This document shows, piece by piece, positions 36,653 through 46,708 of a stretch of DNA of 58,592 bases. The notes beneath the pieces were generated by a model, which made no database searches, was not told the DNA's origin, and saw only the letters and a program-made list of their open reading frames with translations. Position 1 is the first letter of the stretch; every line of letters starts with the position of its first letter. Source of the stretch: a virus (lineage: Duplodnaviria > Caudoviricetes). The translations under genes were made by a program, and so were the position numbers. Location of the stretch: IMG/VR virus record IMGVR_UViG_3300049011_000013, positions 1 through 58,592 of that record; one strand, given 5' to 3'.

Positions 36653-37551
36653 TAGATAAGTCCTTCGATTTCAAGGGAGCAATGGTGATGGGAGAAGTAG
36701 GCAACATCGATGCTGAAGTCGCGGAAGAAACCATAAATAAGCAGCGGCTCCATTCCTGCGGCCTCGGTGCCGATGTAAATGCACGGTGTTCCACGGAGGG
36801 CGGCGAGGCGGCGGAAGATTCTGTTGAAGCTCGCCTTCTGCGTGACGACATCGAACGATCCGCGCTTGCTGAAAGTGCGCGACACGATGTAGACGTTTCC
36901 GAATACATCGGTGTCTTTGCCGTCGTAGTTGATGATTCCGACCTTGGCGCCTGCGAGCGTATTCCCAATGTCGATTACGAGGCCGGGCTTACACACACCG
37001 CATGACACATTCCCGCTCGTGGCGGTGATCGTTACCGTGAGCTCCGCGCTAGTGAATTGCGCTGGGAGGTCGGTCAAAACGATGTCTGACAATTGCTCGT
37101 AGTCGGCAAAGAACCAGTCGAACACGTCCAGCACAATCGTGCCGTCTAGGTCGAGAGTCCGGCTGTAGACTGTTGTGCCGCCCGGCGCATCTTTCATCGA
37201 GACCACGCCGGTACGGCCAACGAGCTCAAAGAGGGCGATGCCGCCCACGCTGCCAGCCGTGAGCACGTCCGTCATGGTGGTGGCAGCGGTAGTGACCGTG
37301 CCCACCTTGTCGTCGTACTTGGCCCATCGGTTCGTCGGGGCGATGTCGAGCCAGTTGACTGCATCGCTTTCTGGTGCTGTGGCGGTAGTCCCCGCAACCA
37401 GCCGTCGATAGATGCGGTGAGTGCTCGTGCGGATCACCTTATCTGCGACCGCGTAGGCTGTGCCAGAAGACCACGCCGGATAGTCAGTTTCCGGGACGGT
37501 GCTACTGACCAGCATTGCCGTCGTCAGGGTTGTTGGCTGGATAATCTTCAT
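36652..37551 (-). CDS. tail tip/distal tail protein
   Basis: follows the tape measure gene; W.D..PTNRW and D.FGN motifs. Confidence 0.6.
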   Translation of the reverse strand: MKIIQPTTLTTAMLVSSTVPETDYPAWSSGTAYAVADKVIRTSTHRIYRRLVAGTTATAPESDAVNWLDIAPTNRWAKYDDKVGTVTTAATTMTDVLTAGSVGGIALFELVGRTGVVSMKDAPGGTTVYSRTLDLDGTIVLDVFDWFFADYEQLSDIVLTDLPAQFTSAELTVTITATSGNVSCGVCKPGLVIDIGNTLAGAKVGIINYDGKDTDVFGNVYIVSRTFSKRGSFDVVTQKASFNRIFRRLAALRGTPCIYIGTEAAGMEPLLIYGFFRDFSIDVAYFSHHHCSLEIEGLI

Positions 37552-40500
37552 GCAATAGCCCTCGTTTGCAGTGCATCGCCATTTGGCATAAGTCGCTCAA
37601 GTGTCGACGCAATCTTGCGAGTGTTTTGGGCGGTGGCGAGGCCTTCTGCCCCCCTAGACAAACTAGATTCGGCAAGTTCCGCACGCAACGCGCGAATCTC
37701 AGCCACAAGCGCCTCGTTGCTCCCGCCTGGATTGCGAAGCCTCAACATCAGCTCGCGGTTATCGGCTGGTGGGATGACGCGCTCACCCTCATGAATGAGG
37801 GCAATGCGATCCCTTGGGACGCTGTTGGTGCCAGAGCTAAGCGGGTGAAGCTTCTTGTACTCGTCGCTCTGCATAAACAGCATGCGAGCCGTTTCAAGCG
37901 ACATTCCACTAGCCAAGGCCTGCGTCCAATACTGCACACCGGCAGCGTCGCCAGCACGGCCAAGGACATCTTTAAACAGGCTTTGGGCCTTAGCCTCGGC
38001 GCTGTTTGCAATCTGGCTTACGATGTCGGCAATTGGCACGCCGCCCGCCGCCTGATTCGTGAAGAAATCAAGCCCGGCAGCGTCAGGGGCGCGGCCAAGA
38101 TAGTCCTTGTACGCTTGCGAGATAGCTGGCGTTCCGGTTAAGACCGGGTTTGCTTGCGCCGCCTTGATCGCATCAGCCAAGCCGAGCATTGCCTCTGCAA
38201 CCGACTTGGTATTGGCATCAATCCCCTTGAGGAAATTAACCTGCTTCTGTGCCTCGGAATAGATTGCGCTGAGGCGCTCGATTTCGGCGTTGCTCGCCCT
38301 ATCGATGGCGTCTTTTTGCGCGTTCAGCGTCCTTAGCGTTTGCTCCTCGATGCTGATCTGGCCATCGGTGAGGTCGGCAAGATCGCCCAAGGCAGTGCGC
38401 GTGCGAGCGGCATCGATCTGGAAGTCAACGAGGTTGGAGAACAGGCTAGACGAATCGCGGGAGAGTGTGGACAGCGCGCCGCGAAGGCCTTCGGTCGTTG
38501 GTAGACCACCGCCAGCGCGAGCGATCGCCAGCGCCGTCTGAATCTGCGCTTGTGCTGCGGCGCGGTCGCCTCTGGCATTGCCTGGCACTGAAATCTGATC
38601 GAGAGAGGATCGAAGGGCGTCCGAAAGCGTCTTGTACTTTTGCAGCGCCGCCGTTTCGACGTCGATCACATCTTGAACTGCCTTGAGGCGAAGCGTCCTA
38701 GCCTTGTTCTCGGCGTCCTTCTCTGCATTAACGCTCGTCTGCACCACCGAAAGGGCATTGTCCACGCCGCCCAGCAAGGTTCCAGCAGCCTCCTTGATGG
38801 ACGAGATTGCAGCGGCGGTCGCGTTGATCGCCTGAATGTTATCGAACAGCGCGCGATTGCTCTCGTGCAGGGCATTGCGTTGCTGCTCAAGGCGCTGCGT
38901 CGATGTGAGCGTTAGTGCGTCCAGTTGCTCTTGCAGTCCACGGCGCTCATCGGCTGCGCCCTGGGCGGCCTTGATCACAGCGTTGAATGCGGGAGCAATG
39001 GCCATGAGCGAGGCGTAAGCCCTGGCCCCGGCTTCGGACGTGGTATCGAGGCCCACAACGACATCGCGGAAGGCTTTGCTGGCGCCCTCGCCTTCGGTGC
39101 TCAGCCCGAACTGCGACAACGTAGGATCGATGCGGGCGCGCAGCTTAGCCGCCTGCTCGGCATCCGTGAAGAAGTTCGTCAGGAAGTATTCGCCCTGCGA
39201 CGTGAATTTCTCCAAGCCGCCCGACAGGTCAATAAGACGCTCGCGGGCCTCGACCGACTCCAAGCCGATTTGACCGAAGGCCTTGCCGAACGATGCAAAC
39301 ACCGTATCAATGGCGACAAAGTCGTTGGCCACACGAACAACTGTCTCAGACAGCCCCTCACCAAGCTTCTGGAATTTCTCGAAGCCGGGGAATGCCGTAC
39401 TGGCAATTTCATCCATCGCCTTGGAGATAACGGCGTTGATTGCCTGCGTCAGCTCATCCCCCTTCAAGCCCTTGAGGGAGATTGAAGTCGATTCCAGCAC
39501 GAGATTATTGAGGGCCGCCGATACCGAATCTGATCCGATACCAATGCCTTTTGCAGCAACCTTTAATGTGTCCTCAAGGCCGGTGAATATCATGGCGAAC
39601 TGCTGCGATAGCGCGTCGCTGATTGCCTTCGATTGGACCGAGTTACTGACGGACTTGGAAAGCCCGAACCAACTGGATTTCGTCGTATCCACGCTGGCGT
39701 ATTGACTGAAACCACGGCCAGCCTGCAACTCGCTCAGGGAGCCGCCGAACGACAGGCCAGAATCTACGATGTTCTGCTTGGTCTTGCCCCACAGGCCGCC
39801 CAGCGACTTCGCAATCGTGCCCTCGGTGATGCCGAACGATTTGCCGTCAACGATCCCGCCGTCGCGCAGAACCATATTGGTGAGGCCAGACATCGCGGCT
39901 TCAATGGCGCGCAAAGATGCTAGCATTCCGGCGCTGTACGTGAGGCCTTGGTAGGTGTTCTTTTCGACCAGATCGATAGAGCGGGTGATGGATTCAGACT
40001 TGGCCGAAGAATCACCAAGCACGCTACCGGCTCCCTGAGACTTCTGCACATCGGCAGCGGACTTGCCGCCACCCGAACCTCCACCGCCACTTATCGCGAC
40101 ACCAAGGCCAGTGACGATTGCCGCCATCGCGGCCATGCGCCCGAATGCAGTGTACGGGTCACCTTTGCCTTGCGTCAGAACCGCACTTATGCCTTTAGGG
40201 ATAAGCTCTGCCAGTGTCATGGCCAGTTCGGCGGCGTGGAATACTTGCGATGCGGCTTGAAGTGCCTTATAACCTCGGCTTTGTTCACCGAAGAAACCAG
40301 ATGCGGCCGAAGCCATATCTCCATACGACCCCAATTGTTCCTTGGTATTCTGGCGATTGAGTTCGGATATATTTTTGAGGTACTTTTCCTCGCTGTCTTT
40401 CCCGTTCATGTAGCGGAAAGCGGCATTGCCTCGCTGCTTCTCAATTTCAGCCTGCTTCGCTCCGTAGGTCTGAAGCGTGCCGGTCAATTTCACTAGCGAA

Positions 40501-43106
40501 TCGCCTGCTTTCCCGAACGCACCACGCAGAGCGTCGCCAAAGCTTTGTGCCTTTGCTGGATCAAGGAACTTGTCCAGGTCTTCGCCAGCTTTCTTCAGCG
40601 CTTCATTAGCGTCAATTCCGCCAAGCGCCGCAGCATTGGCTTTGCGGGCGGCAATCTCACGCTCAAGCGAGGCGACCTTCTTCTCATCGTATTCGTTCGC
40701 TTGGCGGTTTGCCAGATCGTTCTCAAGGCGTGCGATGGTCTCAAGTTCGATAGCCTGCTTTGACTTGTCGAACAACTGAACCAAGCGCTCATTGCTGAGC
40801 ACTTCCTTGTCCAAATTTCCTAAGTAGTTTGCGGTCTCGGAATCGCGCTCGGCGATGGCCTTTTGCACGTTCTCGATTGACTTTTGACGCTCCTTTTCCC
40901 CATCGACCGCGAACTTTTGCTGGGAAATATAGTTGCCCAACGACTTCATGTACGACTCAAGCCCAATTCGACCAGACGCATATGCTGATGACAGCGTGCC
41001 GACGTTCTTCTCGAAGTCGGCATCAACGCCAAGGTCTTTGCCGTTGATCTTATTCATCAAGTGGGCGAACTCGTCGGTCGTCTTTTTCGGCTTTGAGGCT
41101 TTCGTGGTGTACTTTTCGCGAATCAACGCGACGCGCTTCTCAACTTCAAGTTGATCGATTTGCGCTACCCTCCCGAGATTCTGTACGGCCAAAATCTCCT
41201 TGCGCATCTTTGCTTCTTTGTTTAGATATTGGTCGCCAAGGTCCATCCACTTGATTCTGTCTGCCTCAAGTTGAACGCCCGCAGACTTAGCCTCATTGGC
41301 CCGATTTTGCTCGCGCACGTTCGCCTGCAACAATTCCTGCTCGCCGCGCATTGCCGCCAGTTCCGCTTCCGCTATGCGCGTTACGTCGTCGTCTTTCGTC
41401 CCGGTTCGCGCGCGCCTGTCGTCCAGCATTCCTTGCCTGTTGGCGATGCGCTGCGATAGCAGGCTCAACTTGCCAGATTCGGTGTCCCCACGCCCAATGT
41501 CTAGGAATGAATCCCACGCGCTCTTTGCCGAATCCTTCGCGCCGCGCCAGGCCTTTTCAACCTTCCCGACATTGGCCTCAAGGCGTTTTGTTACATCATC
41601 AAAGGCGCTCGCATATGCCTGTTGCGCCGCAATGCCAGCCTCGGTTTCGCGGCCTTGATCATGAAGCGCTTTAATTTGCTCGTAGGTTGAGGCGGTTACG
41701 AAGTGATAGCTATCGTTGAGCTCCTTAAGCGCCTTGACAGGATCGTTGCGCAAATTGGCAAACTGCTTCGCGGTATCGGCCACCTCAATCCCAAGCTCGC
41801 GCTGGATTCGGATTGCGACTTCCCCGAAGCGAGTCATATCGCTTGCCGCGACACGTCCAGTTGCCAGGAGGGCAGCAACAGCCTCGGCGGCTGCGCCTTG
41901 GGTGCCGGTAATCTGCGCGATTGCACGGGCCGACGATGCCGCGCTGCTTGCGGTGGCACCAGCAGCGTTGTTCGTCAGGATGATCTGTTTGTTGAACTCT
42001 TTCGCCTCCGCTGCGCCCTGACTATAGGCGTACGCCAACACCCCAACAGCGGCAGCGCCGACCGTGAATGGGTTGATCAGGCCGAGGACATAGCCGCCAA
42101 GCGCCTTCGCGGCATTACCAGCTCCGCCGAACATATCCTTGAGCTGGCCGCCCTGTTGCAAGAACACTGTCAGGGGCGCTTGCCCGCCTTGCAAGCTGGT
42201 GACAATATCAGTGAACTGCGCTGGCACGCCACGGAGCGCGGCGGCGGTTTGCTTGGACGAAAGACCTAAATTAGTTACGCCAACCTCGGTCTCGCGCAAT
42301 CGAGCAATGAATGGGGCCGCTTGGACGGAAAGGCCAAGTTGCGCCGCCTGCATCTCTAATAACTGCGACCTTGTTTTACCGACCGCAGATGCTTGCTCTT
42401 GTAGGCTCGCAATAAACGAGTCCTTGCCGGTTTGTTTTTGCACGGACTTCTGTTGAGCGGCGGCTTCCTCTCTTGCGGCCTGCGCGACAGCTTCGTGTGC
42501 AGCCTTAATATTCTTCAGTTGAAGAATCAATGGCTCAGCCGATTCGGCAACTCCCGCTTGTGCCGCGCGGAATCGAATTACCTCCTCAGATGATTTTCCA
42601 TAGAGTGAAATTTGCTCACGGAGGGTGCTCAAGAATGATTCGCGACCGGCAAGTGCTTGCGCGGCCTCGCGTTGGGCAATCAATTCGTTCCGAGCCGCCT
42701 GCGCTGCTCGGACCTGTGCTGCACTCGCGTCCTCAGCCGCTGCGGCTGCTTTTCTTTGCGCCTCCTCCACCATCTTTAGTTGGGAGAGATACGGAGCCAG
42801 CAGGGCCGGATTGATTCCACGCTGGTTTGCAATTGCTTCGTAGTATGCCGAAGTAGATTTCCCGCCAGACTCCAGCGCCGTCGTTGTTCGCTGGATCGTA
42901 CTAGCTAGGGATCGCCCTGCAATTTCTACCTTTCGCGCTGCGGACTCGGCATCAGTTGCAACCTTACTCAGTCCATTGCCGCCCCCCAATGTGTCGAGCG
43001 ACTTGCCGGTCTTAGCGGCGGCGGCGTCGATCTTGGCAAGGCCTGATTCGACCTGACTACCATCGACAACTACCTTGATCGTCGCGCTGTTGGTGATTTC
43101 TGACAT
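37548..43106 (-). CDS. tail tape measure protein
   Basis: about 1850 aa, Ala-rich; LRGVPAQFTDIVTSLQGGQAPLTVFLQQGGQLKDMFGG lambda-type TMP motif; follows the chaperones. Confidence 0.92.
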   Translation of the reverse strand: MSEITNSATIKVVVDGSQVESGLAKIDAAAAKTGKSLDTLGGGNGLSKVATDAESAARKVEIAGRSLASTIQRTTTALESGGKSTSAYYEAIANQRGINPALLAPYLSQLKMVEEAQRKAAAAAEDASAAQVRAAQAARNELIAQREAAQALAGRESFLSTLREQISLYGKSSEEVIRFRAAQAGVAESAEPLILQLKNIKAAHEAVAQAAREEAAAQQKSVQKQTGKDSFIASLQEQASAVGKTRSQLLEMQAAQLGLSVQAAPFIARLRETEVGVTNLGLSSKQTAAALRGVPAQFTDIVTSLQGGQAPLTVFLQQGGQLKDMFGGAGNAAKALGGYVLGLINPFTVGAAAVGVLAYAYSQGAAEAKEFNKQIILTNNAAGATASSAASSARAIAQITGTQGAAAEAVAALLATGRVAASDMTRFGEVAIRIQRELGIEVADTAKQFANLRNDPVKALKELNDSYHFVTASTYEQIKALHDQGRETEAGIAAQQAYASAFDDVTKRLEANVGKVEKAWRGAKDSAKSAWDSFLDIGRGDTESGKLSLLSQRIANRQGMLDDRRARTGTKDDDVTRIAEAELAAMRGEQELLQANVREQNRANEAKSAGVQLEADRIKWMDLGDQYLNKEAKMRKEILAVQNLGRVAQIDQLEVEKRVALIREKYTTKASKPKKTTDEFAHLMNKINGKDLGVDADFEKNVGTLSSAYASGRIGLESYMKSLGNYISQQKFAVDGEKERQKSIENVQKAIAERDSETANYLGNLDKEVLSNERLVQLFDKSKQAIELETIARLENDLANRQANEYDEKKVASLEREIAARKANAAALGGIDANEALKKAGEDLDKFLDPAKAQSFGDALRGAFGKAGDSLVKLTGTLQTYGAKQAEIEKQRGNAAFRYMNGKDSEEKYLKNISELNRQNTKEQLGSYGDMASAASGFFGEQSRGYKALQAASQVFHAAELAMTLAELIPKGISAVLTQGKGDPYTAFGRMAAMAAIVTGLGVAISGGGGSGGGKSAADVQKSQGAGSVLGDSSAKSESITRSIDLVEKNTYQGLTYSAGMLASLRAIEAAMSGLTNMVLRDGGIVDGKSFGITEGTIAKSLGGLWGKTKQNIVDSGLSFGGSLSELQAGRGFSQYASVDTTKSSWFGLSKSVSNSVQSKAISDALSQQFAMIFTGLEDTLKVAAKGIGIGSDSVSAALNNLVLESTSISLKGLKGDELTQAINAVISKAMDEIASTAFPGFEKFQKLGEGLSETVVRVANDFVAIDTVFASFGKAFGQIGLESVEARERLIDLSGGLEKFTSQGEYFLTNFFTDAEQAAKLRARIDPTLSQFGLSTEGEGASKAFRDVVVGLDTTSEAGARAYASLMAIAPAFNAVIKAAQGAADERRGLQEQLDALTLTSTQRLEQQRNALHESNRALFDNIQAINATAAAISSIKEAAGTLLGGVDNALSVVQTSVNAEKDAENKARTLRLKAVQDVIDVETAALQKYKTLSDALRSSLDQISVPGNARGDRAAAQAQIQTALAIARAGGGLPTTEGLRGALSTLSRDSSSLFSNLVDFQIDAARTRTALGDLADLTDGQISIEEQTLRTLNAQKDAIDRASNAEIERLSAIYSEAQKQVNFLKGIDANTKSVAEAMLGLADAIKAAQANPVLTGTPAISQAYKDYLGRAPDAAGLDFFTNQAAGGVPIADIVSQIANSAEAKAQSLFKDVLGRAGDAAGVQYWTQALASGMSLETARMLFMQSDEYKKLHPLSSGTNSVPRDRIALIHEGERVIPPADNRELMLRLRNPGGSNEALVAEIRALRAELAESSLSRGAEGLATAQNTRKIASTLERLMPNGDALQTRAIA

Positions 43107-43121
43107 TGGCAAGCCCAATAG

Positions 43122-43143
43122 AAAAACCCGCCGAAGCGGGTTT
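43122..43143. terminator. bidirectional intrinsic terminator
   Basis: AAAAACCCGC-CGAA-GCGGGTTTT. Confidence 0.7.
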
Positions 43144-43145
43144 AG

Positions 43146-43469
43146 TTAAGTCTTCTTCCGGTGCATTTCTTCAAGGGCGGCGAACTCCATCACCCTGATA
43201 TCTGCTTCGAGTTCTTCGTAGTCCTCAGCAGACAATTTCATGCGATCCATCTTGTGATGCATCACTTCGTATTTCAGGCCCATCGCGCCGGCCATCGAGT
43301 AAGTCCACTGTGTCTGCATGTAGCAGAACAGCGCGTAGGGCGTCGCGTTCTCCGTGAACACATCTACCGGCTCGCTTGCATAGTCCTCGGGCGCGAAGCC
43401 CGCCGCAGCCGCTTCCTCCGCAGAGGGAAGCGACTGATACATGGACTGTGCAAGCTGCCTTAGTTTTTT
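43146..43469 (-). CDS. tail assembly chaperone, T-like frameshift extension (DUF1799-like)
   Basis: EN.....F....TQW......GL.Y...I.VME..AL; reached by a -1 shift at AAAAAAC. Confidence 0.75.
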   Translation of the reverse strand, partial: KKLRQLAQSMYQSLPSAEEAAAAGFAPEDYASEPVDVFTENATPYALFCYMQTQWTYSMAGAMGLKYEVMHHKMDRMKLSAEDYEELEADIRVMEFAALEEMHRKKT

Positions 43470-43774
43470 ACGCGTACCCCGGCTGATTCTTCGATGTAGT
43501 GGTTCAGGATGGCGCGGGCCGAACCCATGTAGCGCTTGAGCAACTTATCGACCGCATCCTTGTCGAACGGGTCGTCCAAATCCCACGCGCTGACAACATC
43601 GAGGATCACGTCGAGGTCGTCGCGGCCAGGCAGGTTTTCCATGAACTCCTTGAAGTCCGGGCGCTCGCGGTGCTTGAAGGTGAACTCAACGTCTGCGGCT
43701 TTATCGCCAGGGACTGGAATTGCTACCATCCCCTTGAAAGTCGGGGCGATATTGAGGGAGAGCTTCTTTGCCAT
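43460..43774 (-). CDS. tail assembly chaperone (G-like)
   Basis: PTF...V.IP.PG....VEFTFK; ends in the slippery A AAA AAC. Confidence 0.8.
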   Translation of the reverse strand: MAKKLSLNIAPTFKGMVAIPVPGDKAADVEFTFKHRERPDFKEFMENLPGRDDLDVILDVVSAWDLDDPFDKDAVDKLLKRYMGSARAILNHYIEESAGVRVKN

Positions 43775-43890
43775 GATATTTTCTTTCTAGTGGGTGAAAA
43801 AGACCCGACAAGGTGCGACCAAGCGGGTTGCGCACAAGCGCGAAAGCCCCGCAGAAGCGAGGCAGGACAACGAAATAAATTGAGGGATGT

Positions 43891-43925
43891 AAAAAAGCCA
43901 GTCGTGATTTCTCAGGACTGGCTTT
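43891..43925 (-). terminator. intrinsic terminator after the GIY-YIG gene
   Basis: AAAGCCAGTC...GACTGGCTTT stem with a T-run on the minus strand. Confidence 0.65.
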
Positions 43926-43945
43926 GGCTCCGCACGATGGCGGTA

Positions 43946-44731
43946 CTAGCTAGTTATTAAACTTCTCTTTGATGCGCGTGTCGCGGCGATCTTTTCCAAC
44001 CTTGCGGCTTTCTTGATTGGATCGGCCCACGCCGCTTTCCTTGCTGCGTTTCCAGCTTCGCGTGTAGCATCGAGCGCTTTCATCATTGCTGCACGCCTAT
44101 CAGGATCAGACCAAATTGCGCGCGATTTTTCGGCAGCGGCAGCGCGATATTCAGGATTCGCTTTCCCAGCGATTTGCGCTGCATAGACTTTGGCGCGCAA
44201 TTCTGGATCGGCCCAAGTCTTCTTGCGGGCCTCAGACTGCTTCTTCCTGGCTGCATCCGTGTGCTTCTTACCGATGAGGCTAGCGGACCTCTTAGCAACA
44301 TGCTCGGCGCTGTGCTTTACGCCAAGTCTTGCGGCGCTCAACTTTGCACGAAACGCCGGATTCTTATACGCCTCCAGCACCGCGATAGACATCTTTTTGC
44401 GGGATTCTTCGCTGTGCTTCCCATTACTTCCGCCCTCGCGCAAATTGTAGCCGTTGCGCCTAAGGTGAGTACCGAAGAATTTGATGAAAAACACCTCTCG
44501 AATATTGAGATCTTCAGCCGAATCGGCGGTATCGAGAATATCCACTCTAAAGGCGGATCGACCATACTTCTTAATGGATCGGTAAAGCAATGGGCAATAA
44601 CTGCTTTTCCCATGCTCCGACCAGCGCGCCGAAAGCCGCCTCACAGTTTGCCCGATGTATAACATGCCGGAATCTATGTGCTCTATGCAATAGACGATTC
44701 CATAAACGGATTTTCCTGCCACCTCTATCAT
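43946..44731 (-). CDS. GIY-YIG homing endonuclease with NUMOD3 repeats
   Basis: GIVY...YIGQT, E..FI, GYN; KHSEESRKKMS repeats. Confidence 0.9.
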   Translation of the reverse strand: MIEVAGKSVYGIVYCIEHIDSGMLYIGQTVRRLSARWSEHGKSSYCPLLYRSIKKYGRSAFRVDILDTADSAEDLNIREVFFIKFFGTHLRRNGYNLREGGSNGKHSEESRKKMSIAVLEAYKNPAFRAKLSAARLGVKHSAEHVAKRSASLIGKKHTDAARKKQSEARKKTWADPELRAKVYAAQIAGKANPEYRAAAAEKSRAIWSDPDRRAAMMKALDATREAGNAARKAAWADPIKKAARLEKIAATRASKRSLITS

Positions 44732-44798
44732 TTCAACCTCGGAATAAATGGGGAGGTGCATGCCGTCGCACCAACCCATCTATTTTACTTCGCCTGGA

Positions 44799-45446
44799 TC
44801 AGCTTCCGTACCGAGTATTCCTGTTATTGCCCGAGAAGGTAGCGGCAACGGTGTTGATCTGTCCGTCTTGCAGGCTGATCGACTCGTTCAGCGCGGCGGT
44901 GCACGGCAGGAGGACGAGCGAACCGGAACGGGTCGTCATCTTCAGGCAGGTATCGGTCTGCACGTCGGTCAGGGCTTTGAGGGCCGTGTAGCCAGCGGTG
45001 CCGATACTGTCGGCGTCGAGAGTCAGCGAACCGCTCGATGCAGCAAAGCCGTCGTTGATCTTGTACTTCACGTCAGATTCAACGTATTTGTACTCGACGT
45101 CCGAAGGTTCGCCGCCGCTGAACTGGGCGCTGGTCACTTGCGTGATCTGCGTAAAGGTGGTGATCTTGCGCACCGAGCCGATACCAGTGCCGGCCGAGAA
45201 GAACGTCGTGCTTGTGGTGTCGGCACCTTCGAGCACCATCGTGTTGGTTGCGACCGACTTGATTCGGAAGACGCGCTTGTTCAGGCGCCCCCAGCCAGAG
45301 GTAACTTCAACGAAGTCGCCGTTCGAGTAGCCGTGCGCGGCTGCGGTGACGACTGCCTCGGCGGCGTTGGTCACAATAGTGGTGGTTACTGCGCTTCCGT
45401 ATGCGGCTGCAATGTGGAAGACTGTCCCGGTGGGCACTTGCGCCAT
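44799..45446 (-). CDS. major tail tube protein
   Basis: TNAAEAV.T..HG...GD.VEV.SGW..LN.RVFR; GAAAGGAA RBS; synteny. Confidence 0.8.
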   Translation of the reverse strand: MAQVPTGTVFHIAAAYGSAVTTTIVTNAAEAVVTAAAHGYSNGDFVEVTSGWGRLNKRVFRIKSVATNTMVLEGADTTSTTFFSAGTGIGSVRKITTFTQITQVTSAQFSGGEPSDVEYKYVESDVKYKINDGFAASSGSLTLDADSIGTAGYTALKALTDVQTDTCLKMTTRSGSLVLLPCTAALNESISLQDGQINTVAATFSGNNRNTRYGS

Positions 45447-45523
45447 GGTAATTCCTTTCGTTTAGGCGTAAAAAAAGCCGCGCGAGGCGGCTGGAGGTAT
45501 TGCCCACGAAGGGCTGAGAAAAT

Positions 45524-45874
45524 CTATGTCCAAATACTGAAGTCCTGCATGGTTCCGCGATACTTCGTGTCTTCGTCGTAGGTCGCGATGCGGCCAGTGA
45601 TGACTTCAGTTTGCAGGGCCGCAGTAAGGCGCAAGGCGTCCTCTACCTGCTTACCAAGCGCGGATGCATCGTCACGCGTGGCGGCCCACACATTCACTTG
45701 CAAACGGGTGTTCTCGCGGTTAGGGATCGCGCCCTCTACGTAATTGACTGGGGAGCCGCCGACAGCCTGGTAGGTGATGAATGGAAGTGTTTCGCCCTCG
45801 CCGCCGAAATCGGGCAAGACGCGATCCGAGACAAGGCCGCGCAGCGCTTCAAAGATTTGCGCTTCCATGGTCAT
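45524..45874 (-). CDS. tail terminator (DUF3168-like)
   Basis: P.ITYQ.VGG, RLQVNVWA; synteny. Confidence 0.8.
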   Translation of the reverse strand: MTMEAQIFEALRGLVSDRVLPDFGGEGETLPFITYQAVGGSPVNYVEGAIPNRENTRLQVNVWAATRDDASALGKQVEDALRLTAALQTEVITGRIATYDEDTKYRGTMQDFSIWT

Positions 45875-46389
45875 AATTTGAGCCCTTCGATCTTCGCTTT
45901 GAGAACGGCGAGAATTGCCTCGTCGGCATCGATCTTTTTCGAGTCGTACGCGGGGCGCATGAACGGATAAGCAGGAACTGACGAAGTGCCGTATTCGAGA
46001 ATGGCGGCCTCTCTGTGTGCCTTCCATCCAATTGTTTTGCCGGTCTTCTTGCTGACCTTCTTATTGCGTGGCACGAACTTATGTCCCTTTTCAACGAAGC
46101 GCCAGTAATACGCATCGCCCTCAGCGCCGAATTTGCCGTTACGAACCGTGACCAGATATGACTGTCGATACGCGCCCGACGATTCCTCTTCAAGGCGCTT
46201 GACAATGATGTTGTTGTAGATGACACCAGTTTTCTTGTGCGCCAGCGCATTGCGCTTAGCCTCTTCGCGGAAGACCTTCGCGCCAGCGAAGCCAGCCTCG
46301 CGCAATGTTCCCTCATCGAGTGCGCTGCCGATCTTGGCGACAGCCTCTTTTATGCCGGCAACGAGGTTGGTTGCGTCGAACTTAAACAT
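45871..46389 (-). CDS. HK97 gp10-family neck protein
   Basis: YYWRFVE.G and PA.PFMRPAYD. Confidence 0.85.
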   Translation of the reverse strand: MFKFDATNLVAGIKEAVAKIGSALDEGTLREAGFAGAKVFREEAKRNALAHKKTGVIYNNIIVKRLEEESSGAYRQSYLVTVRNGKFGAEGDAYYWRFVEKGHKFVPRNKKVSKKTGKTIGWKAHREAAILEYGTSSVPAYPFMRPAYDSKKIDADEAILAVLKAKIEGLKL

Positions 46390-46708
46390 TCTGCTCACAC
46401 ACCAGATCAACGTGCCGCTTCTTGCCGCTCGTGTCGGGCAGGACCGCCAGAACCTTGTAGGTGTCGGTGCCGTGCGCGATTTCCATCGCGTTTGTCAGGT
46501 CCAGGCGATACCGCATACGGATCGATACCTTCACGGTCGAGGTAATTGCGCCCGCCTTGATCGTTTCAAGTCCGCCAGTGGTGGCGATGTTCGCCCAAGC
46601 CGTGTCATATTCCACCATGCCGACGACAGGCTGGCCAGAAGGAAGGCGGCCAGTGCCGGGCGCATTGATCGTGACAAAGTGCCGAAGAGTCGCGGCAAAT
46701 GCCTTCAT
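46382..46708 (-). CDS. head closure/stopper protein (SPP1 gp16-like)
   Basis: LRH.VTI, WA.I, IRMRYR; synteny. Confidence 0.8.
   Translation of the reverse strand: MKAFAATLRHFVTINAPGTGRLPSGQPVVGMVEYDTAWANIATTGGLETIKAGAITSTVKVSIRMRYRLDLTNAMEIAHGTDTYKVLAVLPDTSGKKRHVDLVCEQNV

Noticed and set aside
43946-44798. group I intron around the GIY-YIG gene
   Set aside because: The flanking genes are complete and no intron core is apparent.
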